A DNA stretch of 64,000 nucleotides. Origin: Macrostomum lignano (taxonomy: Eukaryota). The stretch covers positions 128,601 through 192,600 of the forward strand of contig NIVC01000748.1 in the NCBI GenBank assembly GCA_002269645.1. The letters run 5' to 3'. The notes under the pieces were generated by a model. It made no database searches, had not been told where the DNA came from, and worked only from the letters and a program-made list of their open reading frames with translations. The position numbers and the translations under genes were made by a program. This document shows, piece by piece, positions 14,908-54,396 of this stretch; positions within the stretch are counted from its first letter, which is position 1; the number at the start of each line of letters is the position of its first letter.

Positions 14908-16060
14908 CACAATGTTGCAAGGCAAACTTTCATAAGCTCTAAATTTCATAAACCCTAATTTTCACAACATCAAAAACAAAACTTGCATCAAACTATATAA
15001 ACTATAAATTTCACAAGCCCTAAATTTCATAATGCCTAAAAGCACTATGGGGATACAGTCTTTTTATACAATCTTTCTGTATTTCCATAGTGTTTTTAGG
15101 CATTATGAAATTTAGAGCTTGTGAAAGATTCTATCTCCATAGTGCTTTTAGGCATTGTGAAATTTAGGGCTATAGTTCAGAACACCCTGAATGTACACTG
15201 GACTAAAATCTCTCAATTTTTTGGTACACCAAATTTTGAGTGCACGCCCACTTTCAAATCTATACTGGTGTTGCAACAATAAATGACCTTTTTTATGTTG
15301 CAATAATAAATCACTTTTTTTTAAATTGCATAAAGTAACCTTTTTGAGCTACTAATTTGGTTAGTACTTTAGCTTTTTTGCTGATATTATTTATTGCAGA
15401 AGTTTAATACATGCAAAGATTTGTTTAAATTTTTGTATTACGAGCTCTAAAAACCCGGAAAGCTTGAAATTTACACTTAAAAATAAACTTGTTTCATCTT
15501 TTGTCACTTTTCACAAACTTTTCCGTGTGATTCTATTAACTGCATGCACACTAATTTTTTATGCTATTTGATTTGATTCTGCAACTGCAAGAACATGTAC
15601 CCAAATTTTCGAATATGCATTTTTATATGCCAGATAAGTACGCCAGATTTTAAAAAGTAAAAAATTTGTATGCCAAGTGTATACCAAAAGTCGTGAGTGT
15701 ACGCCGTATTAATCCAGCGTACCACCCCTCTTCTGGACTATGGACTTAGGGCTTGTAAAATTTAGGGCTTATTGAATTTAAGGCTTGTAAAATTCTGTGC
15801 ATGACGTTTAAGTTTTTAGATGTTATGAAATTTTGGGCTTGTGAAATTTAGATGTTGTGAAATCTATTGCATTGCTTATTTTTGACATTGTGAAAATTTA
15901 GGGTTTATGATGAAATATAGGTCTTATGGAAGGTTCTAGTTTCAACATTGTGGAAATTAGGGTTTGTGAAATGACCCTGATATATCCCTTGCCCTTAATA
16001 GGCCTTATTTCTCCCTTTGCCTATATATGCCATTGCACCCTATTATTAGTGGAAGTGGTA

Positions 16061-16392
16061 GCTAGTTTTTTGTGTCATAGGCATGCCATGACATGTCAAA
16101 ATTAAAAATGACATAATGATTTTAATCTTGTTATGCCAAAATGGCATAACAATTTTTGCCATTATGCCATTACCAAATTACCAATATAGATAATGCTAAA
16201 TCTCCAATTCTAAATTCCAATTTTGCTTTTAAGTTTGCCAAACTGGCAAGCTATTGTCGCTACCATCTGTATCTAAAAGGAAACACTAATATGGGCTCAC
16301 AAAGTGCTATTTTACATTTTAGGCCTAATGCCAATGGCATGTCAAAATTAAAAATGGCATAATGGCATAACAATTTTGACAAAAAACCTAGA
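16061..16392. mobile_element. Possible small MITE
   Basis: Imperfect terminal inverted motifs CTAG(G)TTTTTTG and many internal GGCAT/ATGCC motifs; no clear TSD. Confidence 0.3.
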
Positions 16393-18140
16393 GTGAAAGT
16401 TATAATTAGGCCCTATCTGCTTTCCTAGGCCCTAGCAAATTTTTAAAATTGGAGCAAATAGGCCTATCTTGCCTATGCTAAATCTTACAAAAATTTGTAA
16501 GAAAAAAGCCAAAGTATAAGGCCTACATATAGATCTTGTCAAGATCATAAGCTAATAGTTGTATAGCCAATATACTTTTCATGACCTTTTGTAGCCAAAG
16601 CCAATGTCCATTGGCATATCATGGATAGTGTCTAGGCCTAATATAGATTTGTCTCTAGCAATATAGCCTATAAGTATAGTCCAATATGCTGGTAAGGCTT
16701 GGCATTGGAAAGGGGGCATACAGTATAGTTTAGACCTTGTCTTAGTTCCCTATAATAAAGGTCTTGATTAGGCCTAGTAATATATTAGTTAGGACCTAGT
16801 TTATAATTTCATTAAAAAGTAAAAAAACTATTGTCAATATACTTAAGCAGTTGAAGCCTAATACCAATTAGTCAATGTGCAAAAATTATTTTTTAATCTT
16901 ACCAATATATAAAGACACTTTTAGGTATTTTGTGTTTGAATATTAATCAAATGGCTTAAAATGTTTTTTAATAAAAAAATAGTTTTTACACTTTTTGTAT
17001 TATCTATTCTTTTTTAATATTTTTGTAGTATATTTTGCCTATTAATATTAAGCACTCTGGTGATTTTTGCATGTATTGATGCAAGCTTGCATGCATATAA
17101 TCATATTGTATACTAATCAATTTCTATGCTCAACTAATATAGCAGTTTTTGCTTTTTATTGATTTATTATATAATATTGTAATATTAATAAAAATAAATA
17201 TAGTACAACTAGAATAGCTAAAACCTTTGCAAAAATGCCTAAAAAGTCATTCTTAGGCCTAAAATATATCAAGAGACTATCAAGAGTAAAAGAGACTTTT
17301 ACCTTTCTATTGGTATTCATCTAATTTTATTTCCAACCATTAATATTTGTCTTTCTCTGACTTATTCTTTGGATTTCTTTTAGCTTTTATAGTAGAATCC
17401 AATGGTCACTAGGACTAGATTTTTGCAATTGATACAAAAAGGACTAAGGAATGCAAGAGAAAGAGCATAAGTCAAAAACAAATAAGTAAACCTTGGCCTA
17501 GGGGCAGATAGCCCTATTGGCTTAGCCACAAAACCATGCATTTGGCCAGCCAATCAAAATCCTACCTAGGTAGAGGGGGGGGGGGTGCAGCATCCATGCC
17601 AAAGCTGGGCTTAGATTTAGCCAATTAGCATAGAGCATGGGGCAGGGCCTATGGCTAGGGAAGGACACTCCCTGCCAGTCCCAAAGTGTATTGCACACTA
17701 TACAATAAACAAAGGCACTTATTATAAAGTAGGTATAAGTGTAAACATAATTAAAAATGTCAATTTGAAATAAAAATTGGCTTTATCTTTAAAATAGTGA
17801 CTGGTAGTCTTGTTACTTATAGATATAAAGTCCATTACTAAGTTGAAATTTTTGAACTATGTAAGCATCCTAGTTCTTTGTCAAGAGTGTAGATATGAGG
17901 CTACTACTATAAGATCAATGTCCATGCTAATGTTAGCCAATAAGCAATTGATCATATTAGTTAATAAAAAATGGATCAATTTTCATTCATTTCTTCAAAT
18001 TTAGGCTGCTACTGGATTGTTAGCTATTTTTTGCATATTGTTTTTAGAACAGCTCAAACACTTGTTCTACTTTTTCTATATTTCCTACTTTCTGTAGCTT
18101 ATCACTGTGATTGGCCTTTACCTATTAATATTCGGTAGTC

Positions 18141-26232
<8,092 letters not shown>

Positions 26233-26379
26233 CGGTTAATGTCACGGCGACAACTGCAGAAATTTTTCTTATTGACAATTTTCCTACTCATAGTAGTGTG
26301 TCTGTTGTTCTATGCTCACGAATGCTTTGCTGCACTCTTGCTGTAGACTTCTTGTAGAGAGTCTAGCTAGCTATCTACC

Positions 26380-28030
26380 TGTGTATAGGGATATCTACCC
26401 ATCAGTGACTGTCTATATAGGGATATCTACCTATCAGTGACTGTCTATATAGGGATATCTACCCATCAGTGACTGTCTATATAGGGATATCTACCCATCA
26501 GTGACTGTCTATATAGGGATATCTACCCATCAGTGACTGTCTATATAGGGATATCTACCCATCAGTGACTCTCTATATAGGGATATCTACCCATCAGTGA
26601 CTATCTGTATAGGGATATCTACCCATCAATGACTGTCTATATAGGGATTTCTACCTATCAGTGACTCTCTATATAGGGATATCTACCCATCAGTGTCTAT
26701 CTGTATAGGGATATCTACCCATCAATGACTGTCTATATAGGGATATCTACCCATCAGTGACTGTCTATATAGGGATATCTACCCATCAGTGACTCTCTAT
26801 ATAGGGATATCTACCCATCAGTGACTATCTGTATAGGGATATCTACCCATCAATGACTGTCTATATAGGGATTTCTACCTATCAGTGACTCTCTATATAG
26901 GGATATCTACCCATCAGTGTCTATCTGTATAGGGATATCTACCCATCAATGACTGTCTATATAGGGATATCTACCCATCAGTGACTATCTGTATAGGGAT
27001 ATCTACCCATCAATGACTGTCTATATAGGGATTTCTACCTATCAGTGACTCTCTATATAGGGATATCTACCCATCAGTGTCTATCTGTATAGGGATATCT
27101 ACCCATCAATGACTGTCTATATAGGGATTTCTACCTATCAGTGACTCTCTATATAGGGATATCTACCCATCAGTGACTCTCTATATAGGGATATCTACCC
27201 ATCAGTGTCTATCTGTATAGGGATATCTACCCATCAGTGACTATCTATATAGGGATATCTACCCATCAGTGACTATCTATATAGGGATATCTACCCATCA
27301 GTGACTATCTATATAGGGATATCTACCCATCAGTGACTATCTATATAGGGATATCTACCCATCAGTGACTCTCTATATAGGGATATCTACCCATCAGTGA
27401 CTATCTGTATAGGGATATCTACCCATCAATGACTGTCTATATAGGGATTTCTACCTATCAGTGACTCTCTATATAGGGATATCTACCCATCAGTGTCTAT
27501 CTGTATAGGGATATCTACCCATCAATGACTGTCTATATAGGGATATCTACCCATCAGTGACTATCTGTATAGGGATATCTACCCATCAATGACTGTCTAT
27601 ATAGGGATTTCTACCTATCAGTGACTCTCTATATAGGGATATCTACCCATCAGTGTCTATCTGTATAGGGATATCTACCCATCAATGACTGTCTATATAG
27701 GGATTTCTACCTATCAGTGACTCTCTATATAGGGATATCTACCCATCAGTGACTCTCTATATAGGGATATCTACCCATCAGTGTCTATCTGTATAGGGAT
27801 ATCTACCCATCAGTGACTATCTATATAGGGATATCTACCCATCAGTGACTATCTATATAGGGATATCTACCCATCAGTGACTATCTATATAGGGATATCT
27901 ACCCATCAGTGACTATCTATATAGGGATATCTACCTATCAGTGACTCTGTATAGGGATATCTACCTATCAGTGACTCTGTATAGGGATATCTACCCATCA
28001 GTGACTCTTTACATAGGGTTATCTACCCAG
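26380..28030. repeat. 32-nt minisatellite GGGATATCTACCCATCAGTGACTGTCTATATA
   Basis: About 50 head-to-tail units with no spacers, downstream of the USP stop. Confidence 0.95.
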
Positions 28031-28559
28031 CAGTGGCTATAGGTGTATCAATCAGTGAGTATATGCTGCATACATATTACCGACCAAGTACTCCATACTT
28101 GACAAGGTCAACATCCTGATGTTATTTATAAGTTTTGCTTAAACAGTGTTAGTCAGACTTCAGACATGTAGAAAGGGTTTTATATAAACCTGGCTTTTCA
28201 ATTGAGTTTTGTTATTATTATTTAGCTAATTTTGTGCTTTGATAACGGCTTAACCAAGTAATCCGTTATCTTTTTCTCTAATACCCTTTCAAACCCCATT
28301 AAAGTTTCTGGCTAGTAGTACTCTAGAGACCTGCTCCGATAGATGGAGCTGCCTTTCATTTTGACTCAACAACTGTTTCTTGGCCTAAAATATACATACA
28401 CATATATGCATCATAACTGCTGACCTTTCTTATCATCTCTTCTTTTAATTTCATTTTTTGCGTTTGTCGCTTAGATACTAAGTTTAAGTTTAACTGACCA
28501 GGAATTCTCTGAAAATCAGCCTTTAATCATATAGAGTTTCTTACAAAATTGACCTTGAA

Positions 28560-30132
28560 GCATCTAGAGTTTCTTAGAAAATTGCACTAAATTCACCTAG
28601 GGTTTCTTAGAAAATTACTCGTAATTGATCTAGAGTTTCTTAGAAAATCGCAATAAATTCATCTAGAGTTTCTTAGAAAACTGCAATAAATTCATTTAGA
28701 GTTTCTAAGAAAATCGCAAAAAATTCACCTAGGGTTTCTTAGAAAATTACTCGTAATTGATCTAGAGTTTCTTTGAAAAAAGCAATAAATTCATCTAGAG
28801 TTTCTTAGAAAATCATAATTAATTCATCTAGAGTTTCTTAGAAAATCATAATTAATTCATCTAGAGTTTCTTAGAAAATCATAATTAATTCATCTAGAGT
28901 TTCTTAGAAAATCATAATTAATTCATCTAGAGTTTCTTAGAAAATCATAAATAATTCATCTAGAGTTTCTTAGAAAGTCCTAATTAATTCATCTAGAGTT
29001 TCTTAAAAAAATCATAATTAATTCATCTAGAGTTTCTTAGAAAGTCATAATCAATTCATCTAGAGTTTCTTAGAAAGTCATAATTAATTCATCTAGAGTT
29101 TCTTAGAAAGTCATAAATAATTCATCTAGAGTTTCTTAGAAAGTCATAATTAATTCATCTAGAATTTCTTAGAAAGTCATAAATAATTCATCTAGAGTTT
29201 CTTAGAAAGTCATAATTAATTCATCTAGAATTTCTTAGAAAGTCATAAATAATTCATCTAGAGTTTCTTAAAAAATCATAATTAATTCATCTAGAGTTTC
29301 TTAGAAAGTCATAATTAATTCATCTAGAGTTTCTTAAAAAGTCATAATTAATTCATCTAGACTTTCTTAGAAAGTCATAATTAATTCGTCTAGAGTTTCT
29401 TAGAAAATCATAATTAATTCATCTAGCGTTTCTTAGAAAATCATAATTAATTTATCTAGAGTTTCTTAGAAAATCATAATTAATTCATCTAGAGTTTCTT
29501 AGAAAGTCATAATTAATTCATCTAGAATTTCTTAGAAAGTCATAAATAATTCATCTAGAGTTTCTTAAAAAATCATAATTAATTCATCTAGAGTTTCTTA
29601 AAAAGTCATAATTAATTCATCTAGACTTTCTTAGAAAGTCATAATTAATTCGTCTAGAGTTTCTTAGAAAATCATAATTAATTCATCTAGCGTTTCTTAG
29701 AAAATCATAATTAATTTATCTAGAGTTTCTTAGAATGTCATAATTAATTCATCTAGAGTTTCTTAGAATGTCATAATTAATTCATCTAGAGTTTCTTAGA
29801 AAGTCATAATTAATTCATCTAGAGTTTCTTAGAATGTCATAATTAATTCATCTAGAGTTTTTTAGAAAATCATAATTAATTCATCTAGAGTTTCTATGAA
29901 AATTGCACTAAATTCACCTAGGGTTTCTTAGAAAATTACTCGTAATTGATCTAGAGTTTCAAAGAAAATCGCAATAAATTCATCTAGAGTTTCTTAGAAT
30001 GTCATAATTAATTCATCTAGAGTTTCTTAGAAAGTCATAATTAATTCATCTAGAGTTTCTTAGAATGTCATAATTAATTCATCTAGAGTTACTTAGAAAG
30101 TCATAATTAATTCATCTAGAGTTTCTTAGAAA
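28560..30132. repeat. 33-nt AT-rich minisatellite TTCATCTAGAGTTTCTTAGAAAATCATAATTAA
   Basis: Tandem units ending about 80 nt before the PGAM5 ATG. Confidence 0.95.
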
Positions 30133-30209
30133 ATTGGCCTTAACCTGTTTCAAATTTCTTTAATTGCATGTCAATTCCCAGTGCAAATCAAGTTCAATTC
30201 CCAGTGCAA

Positions 30210-32003
30210 ATGGCAAGCGTACTAAGAAAATGCGCTGCACTTTTCGGCACAGCGGCAGCTTTTGGTGTCTATCGGTACTGCCAGCGCAGGTTAGAAGACG
30301 GTCACTCTCACCTGAGCGACGGCCTGAGGCTGCTGTGGGACTGGCCAGCCAGATGGAACAGCAACTGGGACGATGTTGGCACGGGTCTGGGCGGCATTGG
30401 CGGCATCCTGAGCCTGCTGAGGCAGAGAGGCTTGGTTGGGGCGGCGGCTGAGCAGTCACGGTTTAGTAGGCACCTGCTGCTGGTGCGGCATGCTCAGTAT
30501 GAACAGGTAGGTTTGCTTAGGTTCGGTTCAGTGTACGGATGCGTACAGTGTACGTGTCAGTGAATTTCATGTGTTTTTATGTATATTCAGTGTCATGTAA
30601 GTTTCATGTGTTAATGTAATATGTACATTCCCGTGTCAGTAGGTTTCATGTGTGTTTATGTGCATTCCCGTGTCAGTAGATTTCATGTGTGTTTTATGTA
30701 AATTCCGTGTCTGTAGGTTTCATGTGTGTTTTATGTACATTCCGTGTCAGTAGGTTTCATATATGTTTATGTACATTCCGTGTCAGTAGATTTCATGTGT
30801 GTTTATGTACATTCCGTGTCAGTAGGTTTCATGTGTGTTTATGTACATTCCGTGTCTGTAGGTTTCATGTGTGTTTATGTGCATTCCCGTGTCAGTAGAT
30901 TTCATGTGTGTTTATGTACATTCCGTGTCAGTAGGTTTCATGTATGTTTATGTACATTCCGTGTCAGTAGGTTTCATGTATGTTTATGTACATTCCCGTG
31001 TCAGTAGGTTTCATGTGTGTTTATGTACATTCCCGTGTCAGTAGGTTTCATGTGTGTTTATGTACATTCCGTGTCTGTAGGTTTCATGTGTGTTTATGTA
31101 CATTCTGCATCAAGGCTGGGTTTCTGCAATCTGCACATACATTTCGTATTATCTCCATTGCATTTGCATTGCATCATCGCAGGAGTGCCTCACAGCGCTC
31201 GGCCGTGAGCAGGCCAGCCTCACCGGTCAGCGACTGCGCGAGCTGAATGTTCGTTTCCGAGCGCTCCGCTACTCAACCATGACTCGGGCGCGCGAGACCG
31301 CCGAGGCCATACTTAGGCACCTGCCGCAGGGCCTCGATGTGGAGCCCTGCCGACTGCTCGAGGAGGGTGCACCTGTGCCGCCCGAACCGCCAGCTGCCAA
31401 CTACCAGCCACCGTAAGTTGTTGACCCATCTGTGACCTTGCTGACCCATCTCCGTGACCTTGCTGACCCATCTCTGTGACCTTGCTGACCCATATCCGTG
31501 ACCTTGCTGACCCATCTCCGTGACCTACTGACCCATCTCCGTGACCCTACTGACCCACCTCCGTGACCCTACTGACTCATCTCTGTGAACCTACTGACTC
31601 AACCGTGACCCATCCATGACTCATCCGTGACCCTACTGACTCAACCATGAACCATCCATGACTCATCCGTGACCCTACTGACTCATCCGTGACCCATCCT
31701 CGCCATTCCAGCCCGGAGACTTTCACCCAGGACGGTCGCCGTATCGAGTCGGCATTCCGACGCTTCTTCCACCGCGCGGCGCCAGACCAGCAGTCTGACA
31801 GCTATGAACTGCTGGTCTGTCACGCGAACGTCATTCGCTACTTTGTCTGTCGAGCTTTGCAACTTCCGCCGGAAGCTTGGCTCAGATTCAGCCTTGATCA
31901 CGCTTCCATCACCTGGGTGACAATTCGACCCAGCGGTCGAGTGGCAGTCAGATACGTTGGCAACTCCGGCCACATACCTGCTGACAAATGCACCTACCTG
32001 TGA
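30210..32003 (+). CDS. PGAM5: Mitochondrial serine/threonine phosphatase PGAM5; exons 30210-30506, 31183-31412, 31712-32003
   Basis: N-terminal hydrophobic anchor, WNSNWD (WDxNWD motif), catalytic [64 protein letters not shown]. Intron phases 0 and 2 are consistent. Confidence 0.95.
30580..31105. repeat. 36-37-nt minisatellite TTCCGTGTCAGTAGGTTTCATGTGTGTTTATGTACA, PGAM5 intron 1
   Basis: Tandem units. Confidence 0.95.
31420..31700. repeat. ~22-nt minisatellite TGACCCATCTCCGTGACCTTGC, PGAM5 intron 2
   Basis: Fills almost the whole intron. Confidence 0.95.
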
Positions 32004-35000
32004 CTTAATCTACGATCAATATCGCTTAAATTAATATCTAATTAAGTTTTAATGAAGTTTTCTCCTTATGAAAAAATAATCCCTTCGTACTACTGGCAAG
32101 TTAGTTGGATAGTAGTAGGCTAGTTTGTGCACGATCTTAAACATCAAATATTTTGCCTCGTTCTAAACATCGCTTCATACTACTTACAGATAAGTCATAG
32201 CAGTAGGCAAGTAAAACATTTTACTTTATAAAAAATTAACAAAGAAAATTGCCCTATTAAAAGTTGCATAATTTCGCCAATTCATTTTGCTGATGCTTAC
32301 TGATGAAGACAAACTTGCACTATTTTTCTACTAAAGATTCGATCTTGCGTTTATCTGGTTTGCTAAGATAAAATTTAATTTAAATGTTTTACGCAAAATT
32401 TTATTGTTATTTGTTTGTCTTTTTATTGAAATTTCTGCATCTAAATAAATAATTATCTGTACGCAGCTGAAGTATTTACTGGCTTATATAGATAATTATT
32501 TATTTTTAAGTAAACATTTTGTTAATTTCATTAATAGTCTGCTTTCAAACGCGTATATGTTAATTATTTGCAGTAACTAGATTTAATTGCGTGTTAATGC
32601 ATATCTGGGTTCTGGCACTTGAAATTATTATAAAAAGTTGTTTATTTTGATTGCAAGTTAGGGCTACTAGTAGTAGTATAGCTCGTGTATATATAATGTA
32701 TGTCGACTGCAGCTAGCGAAAAAATGCGAATTATACCGATAAGGTATATGCATGTATGTATAGTTGATATACTATTATTATGTAGCATCTCTGATCAAGA
32801 TGTCAATTTCTTAATTCTCTTTATTGCACTGTAGTTGCAAGTCATCAATTTCGCTTTGCTCACAGGAATGCGTTCGATTTCTCTTTCAAGCCTCACCGTC
32901 GAGTTTTTGTTGATGTATTTTGTCTATTGTTTTTTTTTTTGTTGATTTTGCATCTGCGCATATTACTGACTGTTCTGGGACTTGGTACTTGATCTGTTGC
33001 GCAAAAAGAGTCGTTATTGTTAGCTCTTAACTTTCTACTAACTCAAGTAGGATAAATAGAGTTGTTATCAATGCGAAATGCCCTATTTTACCCGTGTTAC
33101 CTGCAACAACTGCCGTTTTCATCGGGTGACTCGCATTCAAGATCTCTAACGACATTTTGTTAGGTTTAGTTAGTGATGAATAAGTAGTATTCCATACTGT
33201 TGTCTGATTTGCACATTTTATTAATTCTTGTTTTAAATTATTCTATATGCTACTTCTGCGCACTAGTAGTGGGTTAGGATTTTATTAGGTTACAATTTAA
33301 CGTACTTTTGTAAGTTATTGCTAATTGCTATCCAGTAAATAAAGGTTTTATGTTTTTTTATTAAATTATATCTGCTGCAGTTAGTTTTTATTCTGCAAAA
33401 GTGATCTGCGCGTTTTTTGTCTGCTGATAGAATTGGAAAATACGCTTGAGATCTTAGAGTTATTCATTCAGTTTCTGTTAACGGTTGAATTAGCCTCTGT
33501 TATTCTCTAGATCAGGGCGTAACCATCAATTACAGTACAGTAATAATTTTCCATAAAACGTCAGATCTGTCTATGGTGACAACTAGACATGAAAAGTCAA
33601 ATTCCTTTTGACCCAAAATACCTGGTCACTGGACATTTGTTTTGTACAAATCAACGGTCAAATATTCATAAATTGAGGTACCTTTGCATCAAGGAGCAAA
33701 GGCTCTTTATTAAGTTTTTTAAGTTTCCTTCATTTGCACAATCAGTAGGAAACCTGTAGTATCTTTAAAATACGTGCACTTTATTCGTTTTGATAGTGTT
33801 AAATAACCTCACTCTAGAAATTTCTTTTGAACAAATTAGTTTGAATGAGGAAGGGTTGTGTACCATAGAATTAAACGAATTTGAAATTAAGTTTTTTAAA
33901 GCAATGCCGCCCACCTTTGACAATTGACTAGAAATCGATTGAATCCAGTCTCATTTGGTTAGACATCTGTCTACCGTGAAGGTCATACTCATGCCTAACA
34001 TTTTAATTAACTACTTTTAAAGTGGTCCTTCGTGTAATTCGATCCTGAAAGCTATACACTAGTAATCTAGACGAAGAAATCCGCTAGATTCTGTTGGAAA
34101 TTGACATAACTATAAAAAATACAGAATGAACAATCAATATATTGGATAGTAAGTTATAATTATTTCGTCTAATTATTCATGAAGAAAGGAGACAGGCTGG
34201 AAATGCTTCCTTGCAGTAAGAGCTTCGGGCCACGCTGACAATAAACACAATTTCCACTAAACCGATAGTCTATGGCCATAGCAGCTGACTCGCCGTGTGT
34301 TTAACAGCACAGGACCCATATAGGGCTACAATTCTAATAAAGACAGCAAAGATAAGGGATTAGAGTTAGATATAAAGAAGTGTTAGTGCTTAAAATTATT
34401 AAAACAAAGACTGAAAAATACGTCTTCTGTATAGTTTGCCTGTCTGTCAGTTATATCAGAACGGTCAGTATTTTATCTTACTAAATTTGACGTGTTGTTG
34501 CCCGTCCGTCCAATAGACATATCCTCCTATACTCGTAGAAAACTCACAAATCAGAGTCGAAACTGGTTTTGAAAAAAGCGGTAGTCGATTGTAATGGTTC
34601 ATTGTTTTTTAAAATGCAAAAGAAGTATTTTCATTCGCGCATCTATCTCGAAGTCCTAATTCACGAATGTCAAGTAAAGTCATCGGCTCACAGGCTCAAA
34701 TTTGCCACCTTCCCAAAGCATTACTAACTTATTAAGTTTTCTAACGGACTTACAGTGTATTGAATAATTAAAATCACGACCTTTGCTCCAGAATTTTGCT
34801 TTTGGTTCTGCCCTCCCCCCTCTCCCAGCATATCAAAATCCATGGTGACGCTCCTGAATGCAAAAGTGAACTTTTATTCAATTTTTGTGAGCCTATCAAT
34901 GATGGAATTACGAAAAGGACGCCACGACGCCCCCACATTCGGAAATTTGGAAATGCACTTTTACATTTTTACCTAATTAGAGGCATTATTGTGTAGCCAT

Positions 35001-36819
35001 TGTGCGCCTGCTTGGTGTGTTCTTGTTCCCTGTTGAACCGCACTGCAGATACCGGAAATATTGCTTACCTTAACCAAATATAGCATTTCAGATGTAGAAG
35101 GCATGTGATTGCGTGGGTTGCAACTGGTACAGGGACCTTTGGATACACGGTACATGGACTGCCAGATTCCGAAGAAGTCAATTCAAGCTCGAAATTTCAC
35201 GTGTGGTAAAAAATCGCTTCGTGATTTCGACGACTACCTGAAAGTTCGATCTTGTGAAACACACCTCACACCAATTAGTGAGTTAGAGCGAATGATTTAG
35301 TGTTGGACTGGGCCCAGTATCCCCGCTGCACTCGTTTTCGATTCCAAGTTTCTTAGAGGTCCCTGTTTCGGATTTTCTGCACCCCCTGATCAGCAGTGCA
35401 ATCGGTCAGACAATCTCTACTAACTAAAAGCATTAAACTCGGCTTTCAGAACCGTGGGTGGTCCCTCATTGCTCTCTGACAGGCTCTATCAGAGCTAAAG
35501 GAAAACTTCTTGTCCGATGTTCCCTGCTGCCCATGTGTTATTTAGTTCCAGTGTATATAGCTTTTGTACTTGCTATGGCTGCTGCTACTGTTATACTTTG
35601 GTTTAGTTCCTTTCGGTCAACCCCCTGGGGAGCGGCCCACTGGACTTTCGTCTTCTTGGCCACTAATTACGCGAAGACCGTGTCTTAAGCAACGAAAATT
35701 TCTTAGCAGCTGAAGAAAAAGAAGAAAGCTGCTTCAGATGGCAATGGGGGGAAGATCTTACTGGCTAACGCGTGCAAATGAACTACTTGCTTTTTGATTC
35801 GAAAAGAACATTTTAAAGTCGTTATTTGTCGCGCTTATCTGTAGCCTAAATTAATTGATTGATGCGGAAGTACCAGATTTTTATGCTAGTTATACAGGAA
35901 ATTTCTTAGCCGAAGTTTGCTAGCGAGGATTTTGCTAACACTTGGTCTTTCTACCTAATTGTTTAAAGTACCCAAAGTCTGGACTGGAATACAGGCTTCT
36001 TAGCATTCCCCATTATTCATCGAAATATACCAATGTAATTTTGCATTTATCAGATTAGGCTTTATAGATTTTAAAAAAGTGCTGTCCAGGTTTAAAGCGG
36101 ATTTTTTAATCTCATAAACAACTAATTCTAGTTAGTGTTAGTGGCACTGTTAAAAAACATCATAACTAAAAGCTACGAGTATATGTGATAAATAATTGTC
36201 AAGCAAAACAAGCCTATTTTATTTTTGTTTTGCTGAGCACCCCCAGATATTTTTTGTTCCTATTCTAAACAAATTAAAAATACTAAGATTGAACAATAAA
36301 ATTAACAATCTTATTTTTGTATACATTCCGATTCCAGTCATACGAGTAACACGAAGAAATTTCAAATTGGGTAGCTTTCAACTCGCTTTTTATTACAATA
36401 AAAATTCGTATCGACACGACTAATTAAAACTGACAAATTGAATTGAATAAGCTAGCAAACTTCATACACCCAATAAGATCGATTCGTTCAAGTCCCATTA
36501 TTTTTATTTTTAGTTAATTAATTTCCTTATTAAAGTTCATTACCTTTGGGGGGCTCAGACTGCTAGTCCACTATACTAAATCGCCAATTACAGTTAAACA
36601 TGGCTACGATCGTATTCCTGTTATCATAATTTCCTTATTAAAGTATCACCCTTAGGGGGGCTCAGACTGCTAGTCCACTACACTAAATCGCTAAGCTTAG
36701 CTTATAGACGTAGAATAGGCTACTCTTGCAATATTGAACTTTACAGTTGTACATGCACTGCGCATAAAACTACACAAGTATGCAGGTGGAGGGCGTTAAG
36801 GTATAGGGCTTAATAGCGC

Positions 36820-36860
36820 GTCATTGGACCAATACAGCAGGCCCGTTTAACCAATGGGCG
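36820..36860 (+). promoter_or_regulatory. CCAAT-box cluster upstream of the kinase gene
   Basis: ATTGG 36823, CCAAT 36829, CCAAT 36851, about 200 nt before the ATG; position and motif only. Confidence 0.3.
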
Positions 36861-37052
36861 ACTGACAGATTTCGGTCAGTTTGGGATCGGAAGTGGGGCT
36901 GGCCCTGGGTCTTTTAGCTGTCTATAATAGCTATAGAGAGAGAGAGAGAGAGTTCTGAGACCCAGACAGCAATAGTTCAATGGACTAGGTTCTCTCCGTG
37001 GATCAGTATTATTAATCCAGTTTTTATTGCCAAGTAAAAATTGCGTTATACT

Positions 37053-53940
<16,888 letters not shown>

Positions 53941-54396
53941 ACAAACTATAGATTGAGTCTGACAGTCAGTAAAACTGGCTTCAGGCGCATGTACCTGTGT
54001 TTTCTAATTAATTTCCTTTACTAGGTAGAAGGAAGAATTCAGAAATCTTCTGGACCGAATTTTTCTATGGCAGAAACCCCATTCATTCAACGCTATCTCT
54101 CAGAGCACTTGGCCATAGAGCGTGACAAATACGCGTTTCTTCTTTACCAACTTCCTAGCTTGTTTCAAAGAAAATCGAGTGTGGGATGCAAATTTCTTTC
54201 TTAGAAAATATTTGAAGAACATGGTTTTGCCACAAACAATAAGTATTACGAAGATCTATGCAGAAAATCTCCATTGTGCATAAAATTACCCGCTAATTTA
54301 TTTCACGCTAATGCAACGATAAGGACGGGTGGATAGATAAGCCAGGGAAAGTATAGTCACGTGATGAAATTTTACATCGGGTGTTTTACTTTCGGG

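Noticed and set aside
26380-30132. 32- and 33-nt repeat arrays as CRISPR arrays
   Set aside because: Head-to-tail units with no unique spacers, no cas genes, eukaryotic context.
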